Shown one piece after another: positions 41,324 to 50,953 of a stretch of 64,000 nt of DNA. The notes beneath the pieces were generated by a model. That model did no database searches. It was given only the letters and a program-made list of their open reading frames with translations, and was not told the DNA's origin. The stretch comes from Nitrospiria bacterium (lineage in GTDB: Bacteria; Nitrospirota; Nitrospiria; JACQCE01): assembly GCA_035517195.1 (NCBI GenBank), contig DATIZH010000027.1:67581-131580 (forward strand). The letters are read 5' to 3'. A program made the position numbers and the translations under genes. The first letter of the stretch is position 1. Every line of letters starts with the position of its first letter.

Positions 41324-41940
41324 TGCGAGGGTCACACGTTCGGCGTGTTGCCGGGGTCCTTACGGTCGGCGTGATCTGCGCCGTGTCGATCTATGCCTGC
41401 ACCTTTTTCGAGAAAACGTCAGCCTCGCCCAAGGCCCCCGAAGCCGCCGCCACCCCTCCCGCCCCTCCTCCAAGAATCGTGGCATCGGTCAATCAGGGAC
41501 AAACCGAGGAATATGAAGACCCGACCGACATTCCCACACCCGGACCTCCCTACGGCAAGGAAAACCGGGATCCGAACGTGGTGATGAGAAACTTTCCCGT
41601 CGATTCCGAGGGCAACATCGACTGGGTCAAGGCCTTTAAGGAGAACATCATTCATCCCCATGAGTCCCTGGATTTGAACAAGCCCCCGATGCCGCCGTTC
41701 AATTTCGACATTGAAATTCCTGCGGTGGGAGCCATGCCAAACGTCATTTATCCTCACTATCCCCACACGTTCTGGCTCGATTGCGGCAACTGCCATCCCA
41801 GCATCTTTGTGATGAAGCGGGGGGCCAATCCGATTTCCATGGTCAAAATCGTCAACGGCGAGTTCTGCGGCCGCTGTCATGGCCGTGTGGCCTTCCCGAT
41901 CTCCAACTGCACCCGCTGCCACGTCAAGCCAAAGCAATAA
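41323..41940 (+). CDS. Lipoprotein with a Pro/Ala-rich linker and a C-terminal c7-type trihaem domain
   Basis: GTG 41,323 overlaps the upstream TAG by 1 nt and gives VRGSHVRRVAGVLTVGVICAVSIYAC, with a lipobox. The linker reads PKAPEAAATPPAPPP. The domain reads VIYPHYPHTFWLDCGNCHPSIFVM...IVNGEFCGRCHGRVAF...CTRCH. Confidence 0.75.
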   Translation: MRGSHVRRVAGVLTVGVICAVSIYACTFFEKTSASPKAPEAAATPPAPPPRIVASVNQGQTEEYEDPTDIPTPGPPYGKENRDPNVVMRNFPVDSEGNIDWVKAFKENIIHPHESLDLNKPPMPPFNFDIEIPAVGAMPNVIYPHYPHTFWLDCGNCHPSIFVMKRGANPISMVKIVNGEFCGRCHGRVAFPISNCTRCHVKPKQ

Positions 41941-41957
41941 TTGCTTCATCCGAGGTT

Positions 41958-43121
41958 ATGACGCGCACTCCCCTGAGTCTGCTGGTTATACTCACGGCCG
42001 TTTCACTGCTCTCCTGCTACCGAAACACCCGGTCCACGGGGCCTGAAATCGTCGCGCCGACCGCGCAGGGCGGTCCGATCATCTGGCGCCACTTCTCCAC
42101 CGCCAATGATCCGGTCAAAACCATGACCATGGACGGGCCCAACCTCTGGATGGGCACGTCACGGGGCCTGATCCGTTTCAACACGCGAACCGGCGACTAC
42201 CAGACCTACAGTCCACGGAGCACCGGCGGCGGGATCGTCAGCCGGGGTATTTATGTGATCCGAGTCGATTCGAAGGGCAACAAATGGGTGGGAACCTACG
42301 GCGGCGGCCTGTCCAAATTCGACGGCACGACCTGGACGCACTACACGAGCGCGGATGGGTTGGGAGATAACTGGATCTACGACCTGCTCTTCGACAAACA
42401 CGGCGCCATGTGGGTCGCCACCTGGGACGGGGTGAGCGTGTTTGACGGCACGACGTTCAACACCTACCGGGTCAAGGACGGCCTGCCGGACAAGTGGGTC
42501 TACACGCTGTCACTGGACCAGGACAACGTCCTCTGGTTTGGCACGGAATCGGGCGTCAGTCGGTTTGACGGAACCACCTGGACCACCTTCACCCACAAGG
42601 ACGGGATCGGCGCCGACGTGGCCTCCGATTCTGGCGGCGGAACCGCCCAGTTCCCCGTCGGCACCACTCCGCCGGCGTCGAGCGGGGGCGCGGAGGGTGG
42701 CGACTACAATTACGGCTCCTCCTCATCCGCCCACCACCACATGAACCTTGAAAAGCAAAACACGGGCCCCAATCCCAACTTCATCATCTCATCGTTGGTG
42801 GACAATGAGAATCATAAATGGTTCGGAACATGGGGCGCCGGCGTGTCCCGTTACGACGGCAAAACCTGGACGACCTTCACCAAGGAGCAGGGGCTGGGGG
42901 GCAATTTCGCGCTCAGGCTCGCCCTCGATCCCCAGGGCCATGTCTGGGTCGGCACCGATGGCGGCGCCAGCTGGTTCGATGGCACACGCTGGCACACCAT
43001 TTCAACCGCCCAGGGTTTGCCGAGCAATTATGTGTTCTCTATCCTCTTTGACGATCGCGGTCACCGCTGGTTCGGCACGCTCAACGGCTTGAGCGTCTTC
43101 CGGGGCGCGCTGCCGGGCTAG
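41958..43121 (+). CDS. Reg_prop repeat lipoprotein (paralogue) with no output domain
   Basis: ATG 41,958 gives MTRTPLSLLVILTAVSLLSC, with a lipobox. Blades include LWMGTSRGLIRFN, KWVGTYGGGLSKFDG, MWVATWDGVSVFDG, LWFGTESGVSRFDG, KWFGTWGAGVSRYDG, VWVGTDGGASWFDG and RWFGTLNGLSVF. An insert carries SSSSAHHHMN. Confidence 0.8.
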   Translation: MTRTPLSLLVILTAVSLLSCYRNTRSTGPEIVAPTAQGGPIIWRHFSTANDPVKTMTMDGPNLWMGTSRGLIRFNTRTGDYQTYSPRSTGGGIVSRGIYVIRVDSKGNKWVGTYGGGLSKFDGTTWTHYTSADGLGDNWIYDLLFDKHGAMWVATWDGVSVFDGTTFNTYRVKDGLPDKWVYTLSLDQDNVLWFGTESGVSRFDGTTWTTFTHKDGIGADVASDSGGGTAQFPVGTTPPASSGGAEGGDYNYGSSSSAHHHMNLEKQNTGPNPNFIISSLVDNENHKWFGTWGAGVSRYDGKTWTTFTKEQGLGGNFALRLALDPQGHVWVGTDGGASWFDGTRWHTISTAQGLPSNYVFSILFDDRGHRWFGTLNGLSVFRGALPG

Positions 43122-44446
43122 CCAGCGTCCCGCTTGCGTCCTCCCCGGCCGACTCCCACATACCGAAAACCCAGCGCGACCAAACGGTCGGGATCGTAGA
43201 CATTCCGGAGATCGACAAAGTTGGGCTGCCGCATCGTCTCCTTCAACCGTTCCAACTCCAGGTTTCTGAACTGATTCCATTCGGTGGCCAGCACGACCGC
43301 GTCGCTGCCGCGGGCCGCGTCATAGGCATCCTGCGTGTAATGGATCGACGAGCCGGTCAAGACCGCCCTGGCGTCGGTCATCGCCTCGGGATCGTACACG
43401 CGCACCTGAGCTCCCTCCTTGACCAGTCGATCGACGATCCAGAGCGCCGGTGATTCGCGCAGATCATTGGTGTTGGGCTTGAACGAGAGCCCCAGCACGG
43501 CGATCGTTTTTCCCTTCAGGGGGCCGACGAGCGACCGGATCTTCCCCATCATCAGTTCCCGCTGCGCCTGATTGGCCGTCACGACGGCCGACAGGACGCG
43601 GAGCTCCACCTGCTGGGCCTCCGCCATTTTGACCAGCGCCTGACTGTCCTTGGGCAGGCAGGAGCCGCCGAACCCAGGCCCGGGGTGAAGGAACTTGGAG
43701 CCGATCCGGCCGTCCAGGCCCATCCCCTTCGCCACCAGGTGGATGTCCACACCGAGCGGCTCGCACAGATTGGCCAGTTCGTTGATGAAACTGATTTTGG
43801 TCGCCAGAAATGCGTTGGAGGCATACTTGATCATCTCCGCCGTGGCGATGTTCGTCAGCAAAATCGGCGTCTCGATCAAATAGAGCGGCCGGTAGAGGTC
43901 CTTCAGAATGGCGATCGCCTGCGGGCTCTCGGCGCCGATCACCACGCGGTTGGGACGAAAAAAATCCTCCACCGCGGATCCTTCTCGCAGGAACTCCGGA
44001 TTGGAGGCAATGTCAAACGATGCCCCCCCGGGCTTGTGTGCGCCGATGATCTGCCGCAACCGCTCGCCCGTCCCCACCGGCACGGTACTCTTCGTCACGA
44101 TCACCTTGTAGCCGTTCAGATGGGCGGCGATCTCCTTCCCCACCGCCTCGACCGCGGACAGGTCGGCGCTGCCGTCGCCGCGCGGCGGCGTGCCGACCGC
44201 GATAAAGACGGCCAGCGACGTTTCCACCGCCTTGCCCAGATCCGTCGTAAAGACCAGCCGGCCGTCCCGCAGGTTTTTCTGCACCAATTCGCCCAGTCCG
44301 GGCTCGTACAGATGCAGCTTGCCCCGTGTGAGCGCTTCGATGCGGTCGGCTTCCTTGTCCACGCAGGTCACCTGGTGGCCGAATTCCGCGAAACAGGCGC
44401 CGCTGACCAGTCCCACGTAACCGGCGCCGATCATAGAAAGATGCAT
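43118..44446 (-). CDS. ugd: UDP-glucose 6-dehydrogenase
   Basis: The sequence reads MHLSMIGAGYVGLVSGACFAEFGHQVTCVD..., GGSCLPKD and NPEFLREGSAV. It has the full-length UDP-glucose/GDP-mannose dehydrogenase family architecture. Confidence 0.85.
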   Translation of the reverse strand: MHLSMIGAGYVGLVSGACFAEFGHQVTCVDKEADRIEALTRGKLHLYEPGLGELVQKNLRDGRLVFTTDLGKAVETSLAVFIAVGTPPRGDGSADLSAVEAVGKEIAAHLNGYKVIVTKSTVPVGTGERLRQIIGAHKPGGASFDIASNPEFLREGSAVEDFFRPNRVVIGAESPQAIAILKDLYRPLYLIETPILLTNIATAEMIKYASNAFLATKISFINELANLCEPLGVDIHLVAKGMGLDGRIGSKFLHPGPGFGGSCLPKDSQALVKMAEAQQVELRVLSAVVTANQAQRELMMGKIRSLVGPLKGKTIAVLGLSFKPNTNDLRESPALWIVDRLVKEGAQVRVYDPEAMTDARAVLTGSSIHYTQDAYDAARGSDAVVLATEWNQFRNLELERLKETMRQPNFVDLRNVYDPDRLVALGFRYVGVGRGGRKRDAG

Positions 44447-44566
44447 CGAGTCCTCGTCATATCGTCAGCATTGGCGCAAACGGCACTCAGTATAACATAA
44501 ACATTCCGTCCCAACACGCACACGGCCCCGGCAGCATGACGCGCCCCGTATGCTAAGATACGCCCC

Positions 44567-45253
44567 GTGATTTCTTCCACGTCAGGCACCCTCTATCTGG
44601 TCAGCACGCCGATCGGCAATCTGGAGGATCTCACCCTTCGGGCCAAGCGGGTGCTGGCCGAAGTGGGGGTGATCGCCGCCGAGGACACCCGCCACACCCA
44701 GCAGTTGCTGGCCCGCTACGACATCCACACTCCCCTGACCAGTTATCACGACCATAACAAGGAGGAGAAGGCTCCCGTGCTGATCGAACGGCTGCGGCAG
44801 GGGCAGTCCATCGCCCTCGTCTCTGATGCCGGCACGCCGACCATCTCCGACCCTGGCTATCTGTTGATCACCGGCTGCATCGCCGCCAACATACCCGTCA
44901 GCCCCCTCCCCGGCCCCTCCGCGCCTCTGGCCGCGCTGGCCGCTTCGGGCCTGCCCACGGACGCCTTTCTCTTTGCCGGGTTTCTGCCGAGAAAGCCCGG
45001 CGCACGACTGAAGCGACTCGAGGCGCTGGCCCCGCTGCGCGAGACGCTGATTCTGTTCGAATCCCCGCACCGGCTCGTGCGGTTGCTGGAGGAGGTGCAG
45101 GCGCGCCTGGGCGACCGGCGCGTGGCCGTCTGCCGGGAGCTGACCAAGCTGCACGAAGAAATCATCCGGGGGCGAGTAAGCGAGGCGGTGGAGCGATTGA
45201 AGGGGAAAACCGTGAAGGGCGAGATTACGATCGTGATCGAGGGAAACAGGTAA
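44567..45253 (+). CDS. rsmI: 16S rRNA (cytidine1402-2'-O)-methyltransferase RsmI
   Basis: The sequence reads GTLYLVSTPIGNLEDLTLRAKRVLAEVGVIAAEDTRHTQQLL...LTSYHDHN...SDAGTPTISDPG. The start is GTG, 7 nt after TAAGAT. Confidence 0.85.
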   Translation: MISSTSGTLYLVSTPIGNLEDLTLRAKRVLAEVGVIAAEDTRHTQQLLARYDIHTPLTSYHDHNKEEKAPVLIERLRQGQSIALVSDAGTPTISDPGYLLITGCIAANIPVSPLPGPSAPLAALAASGLPTDAFLFAGFLPRKPGARLKRLEALAPLRETLILFESPHRLVRLLEEVQARLGDRRVAVCRELTKLHEEIIRGRVSEAVERLKGKTVKGEITIVIEGNR

Positions 45254-45257
45254 CCTC

Positions 45258-45328
45258 GTTCACCGTTCACGGTTCATGGTTCGCGGCAAAAGCGGCCATA
45301 TTCTTGACATGAACTGAGAATGGTGAAC
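45258..45328. repeat. Imperfect 21-nt inverted repeat built from GTTCA(C/T) units between convergent rsmI and the tusA-like gene
   Basis: The left arm GTTCACCGTTCACGGTTCATG spans 45,258-45,278. The right arm CATGAACTGAGAATGGTGAAC spans 45,308-45,328. 18 of 21 positions are complementary. This is a probable bidirectional terminator-like structure. Confidence 0.4.
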
Positions 45329-45583
45329 TCAATTGCCACACTTGCGGATCGTGACCCGGTAGTGGCGGCCCTGGTACGGTTCGATTTTCAACACTTGATG
45401 GCCTTCATCCGTCACACTCCGAGGCACGTTCTTGACCGGTTCGCCGTCATCGATTGTCACGCGCAGAACCTGCCCCTCCGCCATCTCTTCGAGCTTGAGC
45501 TTGGTCTTGACGTAGTTGTAGGGGCAGACCACGCCCTTGAGGTCGAGTTCCTCGTCAATCGTGATGTCGGCGTCGTGGGTCAT
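45329..45583 (-). CDS. TusA/SirA-family sulfur-carrier protein
   Basis: MTHDADITIDEELDLKGVVCPYNYVKTKLKLEEMAEGQVLRVTIDD contains the CP-x-P/Y active-site context of the TusA family. The track start at 45,607 is a TTG, so I prefer ATG 45,583. Confidence 0.7.
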   Translation of the reverse strand: MTHDADITIDEELDLKGVVCPYNYVKTKLKLEEMAEGQVLRVTIDDGEPVKNVPRSVTDEGHQVLKIEPYQGRHYRVTIRKCGN

Positions 45584-45634
45584 GACATGCTGTCCTGATG
45601 AAAACAAAAATCATAGCCCCTCGCTTACGCTCGG

Positions 45635-45672
45635 GGCACATTTTCATGGCCACAGAGCCATGAAAATGTGCC
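45635..45672 (-). terminator. Perfect 16-bp stem-loop abutting the tRNA-Leu 3' end
   Basis: GGCACATTTTCATGGC-cacaga-GCCATGAAAATGTGCC. One arm includes the last 4 nt of the tRNA. A U-rich stretch (UGAUUUUUGUUUU) follows about 25 nt further downstream on the minus strand. Confidence 0.45.
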
Positions 45673-45753
45673 GGGAGGGGGAGTCGAACCCCCACGGAGC
45701 CAGGCCCCACGAGATTTTGAGTCTCGCGCGTCTGCCAGTTCCGCCATCCCGGC
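45669..45753 (-). tRNA. tRNA-Leu (anticodon CAA), 85 nt, CCA not encoded
   Basis: The reverse complement reads GCCGGGA-TG-GCG-GAACTGGCAGA-CGC-G-CGAGA-CTCAAAA-TCTCG-(17-nt variable arm)-GGGGG-TTCGACT-CCCCC-TCCCGGC-A. It has a full cloverleaf, a long variable arm and a T-loop TTCGA. Confidence 0.9.
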
Positions 45754-45754
45754 G

Positions 45755-46618
45755 TCAGACGACAATTTCCGTTCCGATTCCTTTGTCGGTAAAGAGTTCC
45801 AACAGTAAGGCATGGGGCGTCCGTCCGTCAATGATGTGGGCCTTGGCCACGCCGCCGTCCAGCGCGTCCAGACAGGCCTGCACCTTGGGAATCATCCCGC
45901 TGCTGATCGTTCCCCTGCGGATCAATTGCTGCGTCTCTTTTTTGGAGATCGTCGGGATCAGCAGCCCCTTGGCGTCCAGAATCCCCGGCACGTCGGTCAG
46001 CAGCAGCAGTTTCTCCGCGTGCAATGCGGCCGCAATCGCTCCCGCCGCGCTGTCGGCATTGACATTGTAGGTCCTGCCATCGACGCCGCCCGCCACCGGA
46101 GCGATCACGGGGATGAACCGCGCCTCCTCCAACCCCCGCAGCACGCCCGGATCGACGCCGTCGATCTCGCCCACCAGCCCCAGATCGATCTCCTGCCGTT
46201 TCCCCGACGCCTTCAAGGGCCTGGCAATCAGCAGCGGGCCGTCCTTCCCCGTCAGCCCCACCGCGCGGCCGCCGTGCCGGTTGATCAAGGCGACGATCTC
46301 CGGGTTGATGACGCCCCCCAGCACCATCTCGACGATGCCGGCGGTTTCGGCGTCGGTCACGCGGACGCCCCTGACAAAGGTCGGCTCCTTGCCCAGCCGC
46401 TTCATCATCTCGCTGATCTGCGGGCCGCCCCCGTGCACGATGACGGGGCGCATGCCGACGAATTTCATCAGCGCGATGTCCTCGGCGAAGCGCGACTTGA
46501 GCGACTCCTCCACCATCGCCTTCCCGCCGTATTTGACGACGATCGTCTTGCCGGCGAAGGCCCGGATATAGGGCAGGGCCTCCACGAGGACGTCCGCCGT
46601 CTTGATCGCTTTCTCCAT
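45755..46618 (-). CDS. argB: Acetylglutamate kinase
   Basis: The sequence reads [11 protein letters not shown]..., [33 protein letters not shown] and [16 protein letters not shown]. Confidence 0.9.
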   Translation of the reverse strand: MEKAIKTADVLVEALPYIRAFAGKTIVVKYGGKAMVEESLKSRFAEDIALMKFVGMRPVIVHGGGPQISEMMKRLGKEPTFVRGVRVTDAETAGIVEMVLGGVINPEIVALINRHGGRAVGLTGKDGPLLIARPLKASGKRQEIDLGLVGEIDGVDPGVLRGLEEARFIPVIAPVAGGVDGRTYNVNADSAAGAIAAALHAEKLLLLTDVPGILDAKGLLIPTISKKETQQLIRRGTISSGMIPKVQACLDALDGGVAKAHIIDGRTPHALLLELFTDKGIGTEIVV

Positions 46619-46634
46619 GATGACCCGTCCCTCG

Positions 46635-48020
46635 TTACAGGATGTACCGGCTCAAATCCTCGCTCTTCACAATGTCGGCCAGCCGGCGGCGCACCTCTTC
46701 GGTCGTGATGGTGACCCGCATGCCCCTCCGCTCCGGCGCCTCAAATGACAGCTCCTCCAACAGCCGCTCCATCACGGTGAAGAGGCGGCGGGCGCCGATG
46801 TTCTCGGTTCGCTCGTTCACCTGCACCGCAATCTCGGCGATCGTCCGGATCGCATCCGGCTGGAACTCCAGCGTGACGCCCTCGGTCTGGAGCAGCGCCA
46901 CGTACTGTCGGATCAGCGAATTCTGCGGCTCGGTCAGAATCCGCACGAAATCGTCCGTCGCCAGCGGTTCCAGCTCGACCCGGATCGGGAACCGCCCTTG
47001 AAACTCCGGAATCAGGTCGGACGGCTTGGCGACATGAAACGCCCCCGCCGCGATGAACAGCACGTGATCGGTCCTGACGACCCCGTACTTCGTGTTGACC
47101 GTGGAGCCCTCGACGATGGGCAGCAGGTCCCGCTGCACCCCCTCCCGCGACACGTCCGGCCCGGCCACCCGTTCCCGGCCGGCGATTTTATCAATTTCAT
47201 CGAGAAAAATAATCCCCGCCCGTTCCGCCCGCTGGATCGCCTCGCGCACCACCTCATCCATGTCAATGAGCCGCTGCGCCTCCTCCTGCTCCAGCGCCGC
47301 CAGCGCCTCCGGCACCTTGAACCGCCGTTTCTTTTTCCGCCCCGGCATGAGATTGCTCAGCATGTCCCTCAGCCCGATCTCCATCTCTTCCATGCCGCCG
47401 ACGTTGGAAATGATGCCGACGGGGGCGGACTTTTCGCTCGTTTCCAGTTCGACCGTCCGGTCGTTGAGCTTGCCCTCGGCCAGCTGCCGCCGGAGCGCGT
47501 CCCGCGCGCGGTCGTAACTTTCCGACGGCGGGGGGGCCATGTGCTCCGCACGCGATTCGTCGTAAATGCCCGTCGGGGGCTTGAAGCTCGGCGGCGGCAG
47601 CAACAGATCGAGCAGCCGGTCCTCCGCCTGCTTGGCCGCCTTCGCCTTGACCTGGTCCTGGTGCTCGCCCTTGACCATCGTCACCGCCAGCTCGATAAGA
47701 TCACGCACCATCGACTCGACGTCCCGACCCACGTAGCCGACCTCGGTGAACTTGGAAGCCTCCACCTTCAGAAAGGGCGCGCCGGCCAGCTTGGCTAAAC
47801 GCCTGGCGATCTCCGTTTTTCCGACGCCGGTGGGCCCGATCATGATGATGTTCTTGGGCATCACCTCGTCGCGCAATTCCGCGGGCAGCTGCTGCTGACG
47901 CCAGCGGTTGCGCAACGCGATCGCCACCATCCGCTTGGCCTGCCGTTGGCCGACAATATACCGATCCAGCTCCTTGACGATCTGGCCGGGCGTCAATGTT
48001 TCCAGCTTCACCTCGCTCAT
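46635..48020 (-). CDS. hslU: ATP-dependent protease ATPase subunit HslU
   Basis: The sequence reads [35 protein letters not shown]..., [47 protein letters not shown] and [11 protein letters not shown]. Confidence 0.95.
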   Translation of the reverse strand: MSEVKLETLTPGQIVKELDRYIVGQRQAKRMVAIALRNRWRQQQLPAELRDEVMPKNIIMIGPTGVGKTEIARRLAKLAGAPFLKVEASKFTEVGYVGRDVESMVRDLIELAVTMVKGEHQDQVKAKAAKQAEDRLLDLLLPPPSFKPPTGIYDESRAEHMAPPPSESYDRARDALRRQLAEGKLNDRTVELETSEKSAPVGIISNVGGMEEMEIGLRDMLSNLMPGRKKKRRFKVPEALAALEQEEAQRLIDMDEVVREAIQRAERAGIIFLDEIDKIAGRERVAGPDVSREGVQRDLLPIVEGSTVNTKYGVVRTDHVLFIAAGAFHVAKPSDLIPEFQGRFPIRVELEPLATDDFVRILTEPQNSLIRQYVALLQTEGVTLEFQPDAIRTIAEIAVQVNERTENIGARRLFTVMERLLEELSFEAPERRGMRVTITTEEVRRRLADIVKSEDLSRYIL

Positions 48021-48550
48021 GCCGTCAGCTCCTCGATCATGATCTCCTGATTGGTGTAGATATCGATGTCGGCTGCGATCCGCATCGCCGCGCCGACGAT
48101 CTCGCGCGGCGGCAGCGAGGTGTGGACCAGCAACCCCCGGGCCGCGGCCAGCGCATACGGACCGCCGGAACCGATCGCCAGCGCCCCCTCCTCCGGCTCG
48201 ATCACGTCGCCGGTGCCTGAGAGGAGCAGCGAATGCTCCAGATCGGCGACGATCATCAACGCCTCGAGCCGGCGCAATACCCTATCCATCCGCCACTCCT
48301 TGGCCAGCTCCACCGCCGAACGGGTCAAATTGCCCCTGAATTCATCGAGCTTCGCCTCGAATTTCTCAAACAGCGTGATCGCGTCGGCCGTCGAACCGGC
48401 AAACCCCGCCAGCACCCGGTTCTCATGGAGCCGGCGCAATTTTTTCGCCTGGCGCTTCATCACCGTGGTGCCGACGGTCACCTGGCCGTCGGCGCCCATC
48501 GCCACCAGGCCGTCGCGTCGAACGCAGAGAATGGTGGTATGGCGGATCAC
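48017..48550 (-). CDS. hslV: ATP-dependent protease subunit HslV
   Basis: The sequence reads [22 protein letters not shown]...[12 protein letters not shown]...[22 protein letters not shown]. It overlaps hslU by 4 nt. Confidence 0.95.
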   Translation of the reverse strand: MIRHTTILCVRRDGLVAMGADGQVTVGTTVMKRQAKKLRRLHENRVLAGFAGSTADAITLFEKFEAKLDEFRGNLTRSAVELAKEWRMDRVLRRLEALMIVADLEHSLLLSGTGDVIEPEEGALAIGSGGPYALAAARGLLVHTSLPPREIVGAAMRIAADIDIYTNQEIMIEELTA

Positions 48551-49509
48551 GTCGACCCTCCGGCGGGCCGCTTGGCCCGCGGGTGCGCCCGGTCATAGAC
48601 CGCCAGCAGTCGGTCGGCGTTTAGATGCGTGTAGCGTTCCGTGGTCGCCAGCGACGCGTGGCCGAGCAACTCCTGGATGGCGCGGAGATCTGCGCCGCTT
48701 TCCAATAGGTGCGTGGCGCAACTGTGGCGAAGCGCATGGGGGCCGACCGGTCCGTTGGCGCTGACCGCCCGGCTGTAGCGGGCGACCAGTCGTTCGACGC
48801 TGCGCGTGCTCAAGCGTCCCCCGCGATGATTGACGAACAGCGGCGCAGTCGCCCCGCTGCTCATGGCGGGCCGCTCGGCCCGTAATGCCGTGCGGTATCG
48901 CTCGATGGCGTCCAGCGCCGCTCGGCCGACCGGCACGAGCCGTTCCCGCTTGCCTTTGCCGCGCACCAGAAGGAATCCGGCGTCCGGCTGCAGATCCCCG
49001 CCGTTGATCCCGACCAGTTCGCTGACGCGGATGCCGGTCGAATAGGCCAGCTCCAACATCGCCTGGTCGCGCAAGGCCGACACGGCCGAGCGCTTCGGCC
49101 GCGCGGCCGGGACCGCGGCCTGCCGGGACGGTTCGTCCATTAATGCGAGTGCTTCATCGACGCTCAGGACGCGCGGCAGGCGGCGATCGACCTTCGGCAT
49201 CGGCACCAATCTGGCCGGGTTGGAGGTCAGCCAGCCCATCCTGACGCCGTAGTCGCACCATGCCCTGATGACGGCCAGCTTGCGGGCCATCGTGCTTTTG
49301 CGCGCCCCGCGCAGCGCCAGCCAGGCCAGATACCCTCGGATATGGACCCGCTCGATCTGCGGCCCCTGCCGCCCCGCTGTCAGCGAGGCGGCGTCCCGCA
49401 AATAGCCGGAGAACTGGGTCAGGTCCTGTCGATAGCCGCGCAGGGTATGGGCCGAGGCTCCCCGTTCGCCCGACAGATAGCTTAGAAAATCTTCGATTCG
49501 CCGATCCAT
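48547..49509 (-). CDS. xerC: Tyrosine recombinase XerC (CodV-like)
   Basis: The N-terminal SAM-like domain reads [23 protein letters not shown]. The catalytic region reads ...[10 protein letters not shown]...[38 protein letters not shown]. It sits in the conserved trmFO-xerC-hslVU context. Confidence 0.85.
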   Translation of the reverse strand: MDRRIEDFLSYLSGERGASAHTLRGYRQDLTQFSGYLRDAASLTAGRQGPQIERVHIRGYLAWLALRGARKSTMARKLAVIRAWCDYGVRMGWLTSNPARLVPMPKVDRRLPRVLSVDEALALMDEPSRQAAVPAARPKRSAVSALRDQAMLELAYSTGIRVSELVGINGGDLQPDAGFLLVRGKGKRERLVPVGRAALDAIERYRTALRAERPAMSSGATAPLFVNHRGGRLSTRSVERLVARYSRAVSANGPVGPHALRHSCATHLLESGADLRAIQELLGHASLATTERYTHLNADRLLAVYDRAHPRAKRPAGGST

Positions 49510-50798
49510 CGGGTCAGATCATCCAGCGCCCGCTCGGCGATCTTGTGCCGACGGACTGCCCGGTCACGGACGCGCATCGGCAGATCGGGATAGAGGCCGA
49601 AATTCGCGTTCATCGGTTGAAAATGGCGAGGGTCGCTCGTCGTGATGTACGTCAGGAGCGTCCCGTAGGTCGTGGTCGCCGGCGGCACGACCGGCGTCTC
49701 TCCTCGGACCAGCCGCGCTCCGTTCAGCCCGGCGAGCAACCCCATCGCGGCCGCTTCCGCGTAGCCTTCCACGCCGACCAACTGCCCTGCAAAGAGGAGG
49801 GAGGGACGGGCGCGGCATTGGAGCGTGGGGTGCAACACCCGCGGCGCGTTGAGAAATGTATTCCGGTGCAGGCTGCCCAGCCGCAAAAACTCCGCCTTGT
49901 CCAGGCCCGGAATCATCCGGAAGATCCGCCGCTGCTCCGGCCAGGTGAGCTTCGTTTGAAATCCCACCATGTTGTAACAGCTCGCGAAGCGGTTCTCCTG
50001 GCGCAACTGTACGACGGCGTAGGGGCGCGCGCCTGTGCGGGGGTCGATCAGCCCCACCGGCTTCATCGGACCGAACAGCAGCGTCTGCCGGCCCCGGTCC
50101 GCCTGGACTTCGATCGGGACACAGCCCTCGAAATAGGGCGCCTGCTCAAACGGCCTGGTCACCACCCGTTCCGCCACGGCCAATTCGTCATAAAATCGGT
50201 TGTATTCAATCTGGTTCATGGGACAGTTCATATAATCGTCCCCCCCCTTGGCGTAGCGGGAGGCGCGAAACGCGATCGATGTGTCGATCGTCTCCGCGTC
50301 AACGATCGGCGCGATGGCATCGTAAAAGGCCAGGTAGTCGGCCCGGACCACCGATTGGATCGACTTCGCCAGCCTATCGGAGGTCAACGGGCCGGTCGCC
50401 ACGATGACGGGGCGGTCCTCCGGTAGGTCGATCACCTCCTCACGGATCAGTCGAATCCGTGGGTGGCCCTCGATCGCCTCGGTGACGGCGGCGGCGAAGA
50501 GCTCTCGGTCGACCGCCAGGGCCGATCCGGCCGGCACCGTCATATCATCGGCCACGCGCAGTATGAACGACGACAACCGCCGCATCTCGGCCTTGAGAAT
50601 TCCGGCCGCATGAATCGGATCATTCGAGCCGAGTGAATTGCTGCAGACCAGCTCGCTCAACCGGTCGGTCCGGTGCGCCGCCGTCGGCACGGCCGGCCGC
50701 ATTTCATACAGATCGACCGTGACGCCCCGCTCGGCCGCCTGCCAGGCCGCCTCGCAGCCGGCGAGCCCCCCGCCGAGGACGATGAGGTCAGAAGTCAT
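49482..50798 (-). CDS. trmFO: Methylenetetrahydrofolate--tRNA-(uracil54-C5)-methyltransferase TrmFO
   Basis: The sequence reads [31 protein letters not shown]...[18 protein letters not shown] and [22 protein letters not shown]. Confidence 0.9.
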   Translation of the reverse strand: MTSDLIVLGGGLAGCEAAWQAAERGVTVDLYEMRPAVPTAAHRTDRLSELVCSNSLGSNDPIHAAGILKAEMRRLSSFILRVADDMTVPAGSALAVDRELFAAAVTEAIEGHPRIRLIREEVIDLPEDRPVIVATGPLTSDRLAKSIQSVVRADYLAFYDAIAPIVDAETIDTSIAFRASRYAKGGDDYMNCPMNQIEYNRFYDELAVAERVVTRPFEQAPYFEGCVPIEVQADRGRQTLLFGPMKPVGLIDPRTGARPYAVVQLRQENRFASCYNMVGFQTKLTWPEQRRIFRMIPGLDKAEFLRLGSLHRNTFLNAPRVLHPTLQCRARPSLLFAGQLVGVEGYAEAAAMGLLAGLNGARLVRGETPVVPPATTTYGTLLTYITTSDPRHFQPMNANFGLYPDLPMRVRDRAVRRHKIAERALDDLTRWIGESKIF

Positions 50799-50830
50799 GG
50801 CATAGTCCCTTCAAATGTGAATGGAAGCTT

Positions 50831-50859
50831 ATTGTAACGGATTGCCGACAGGCATTCAA
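50831..50859 (-). promoter_or_regulatory. Near-consensus sigma70 promoter upstream of trmFO
   Basis: The minus strand reads TTGAAT (50,859-50,854), a 17-nt spacer, then TACAAT (50,836-50,831). GAAGGGA lies ahead of the ATG at 50,798. Confidence 0.55.
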
Positions 50860-50953
50860 GAAATCACGGGGAGAGTCGCGGAGGCCGGATCAGACCGAAT
50901 ACACGGCGCGATCAGTGTCAGTCCACCGTCCACGCTGTATGCGAACGATCAGC

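Noticed and set aside
48547-49509. A tyrosine recombinase as a possible integrase marking a mobile element. It lies near tRNA-Leu (45,669-45,753).
   Set aside because: It sits in the conserved dprA-topA-trmFO-xerC-hslV-hslU housekeeping arrangement with overlapping reading frames, and it has XerC-type motifs. I saw no flanking direct repeats, phage genes or transposase genes. The tRNA is separated from it by argB and hslUV.
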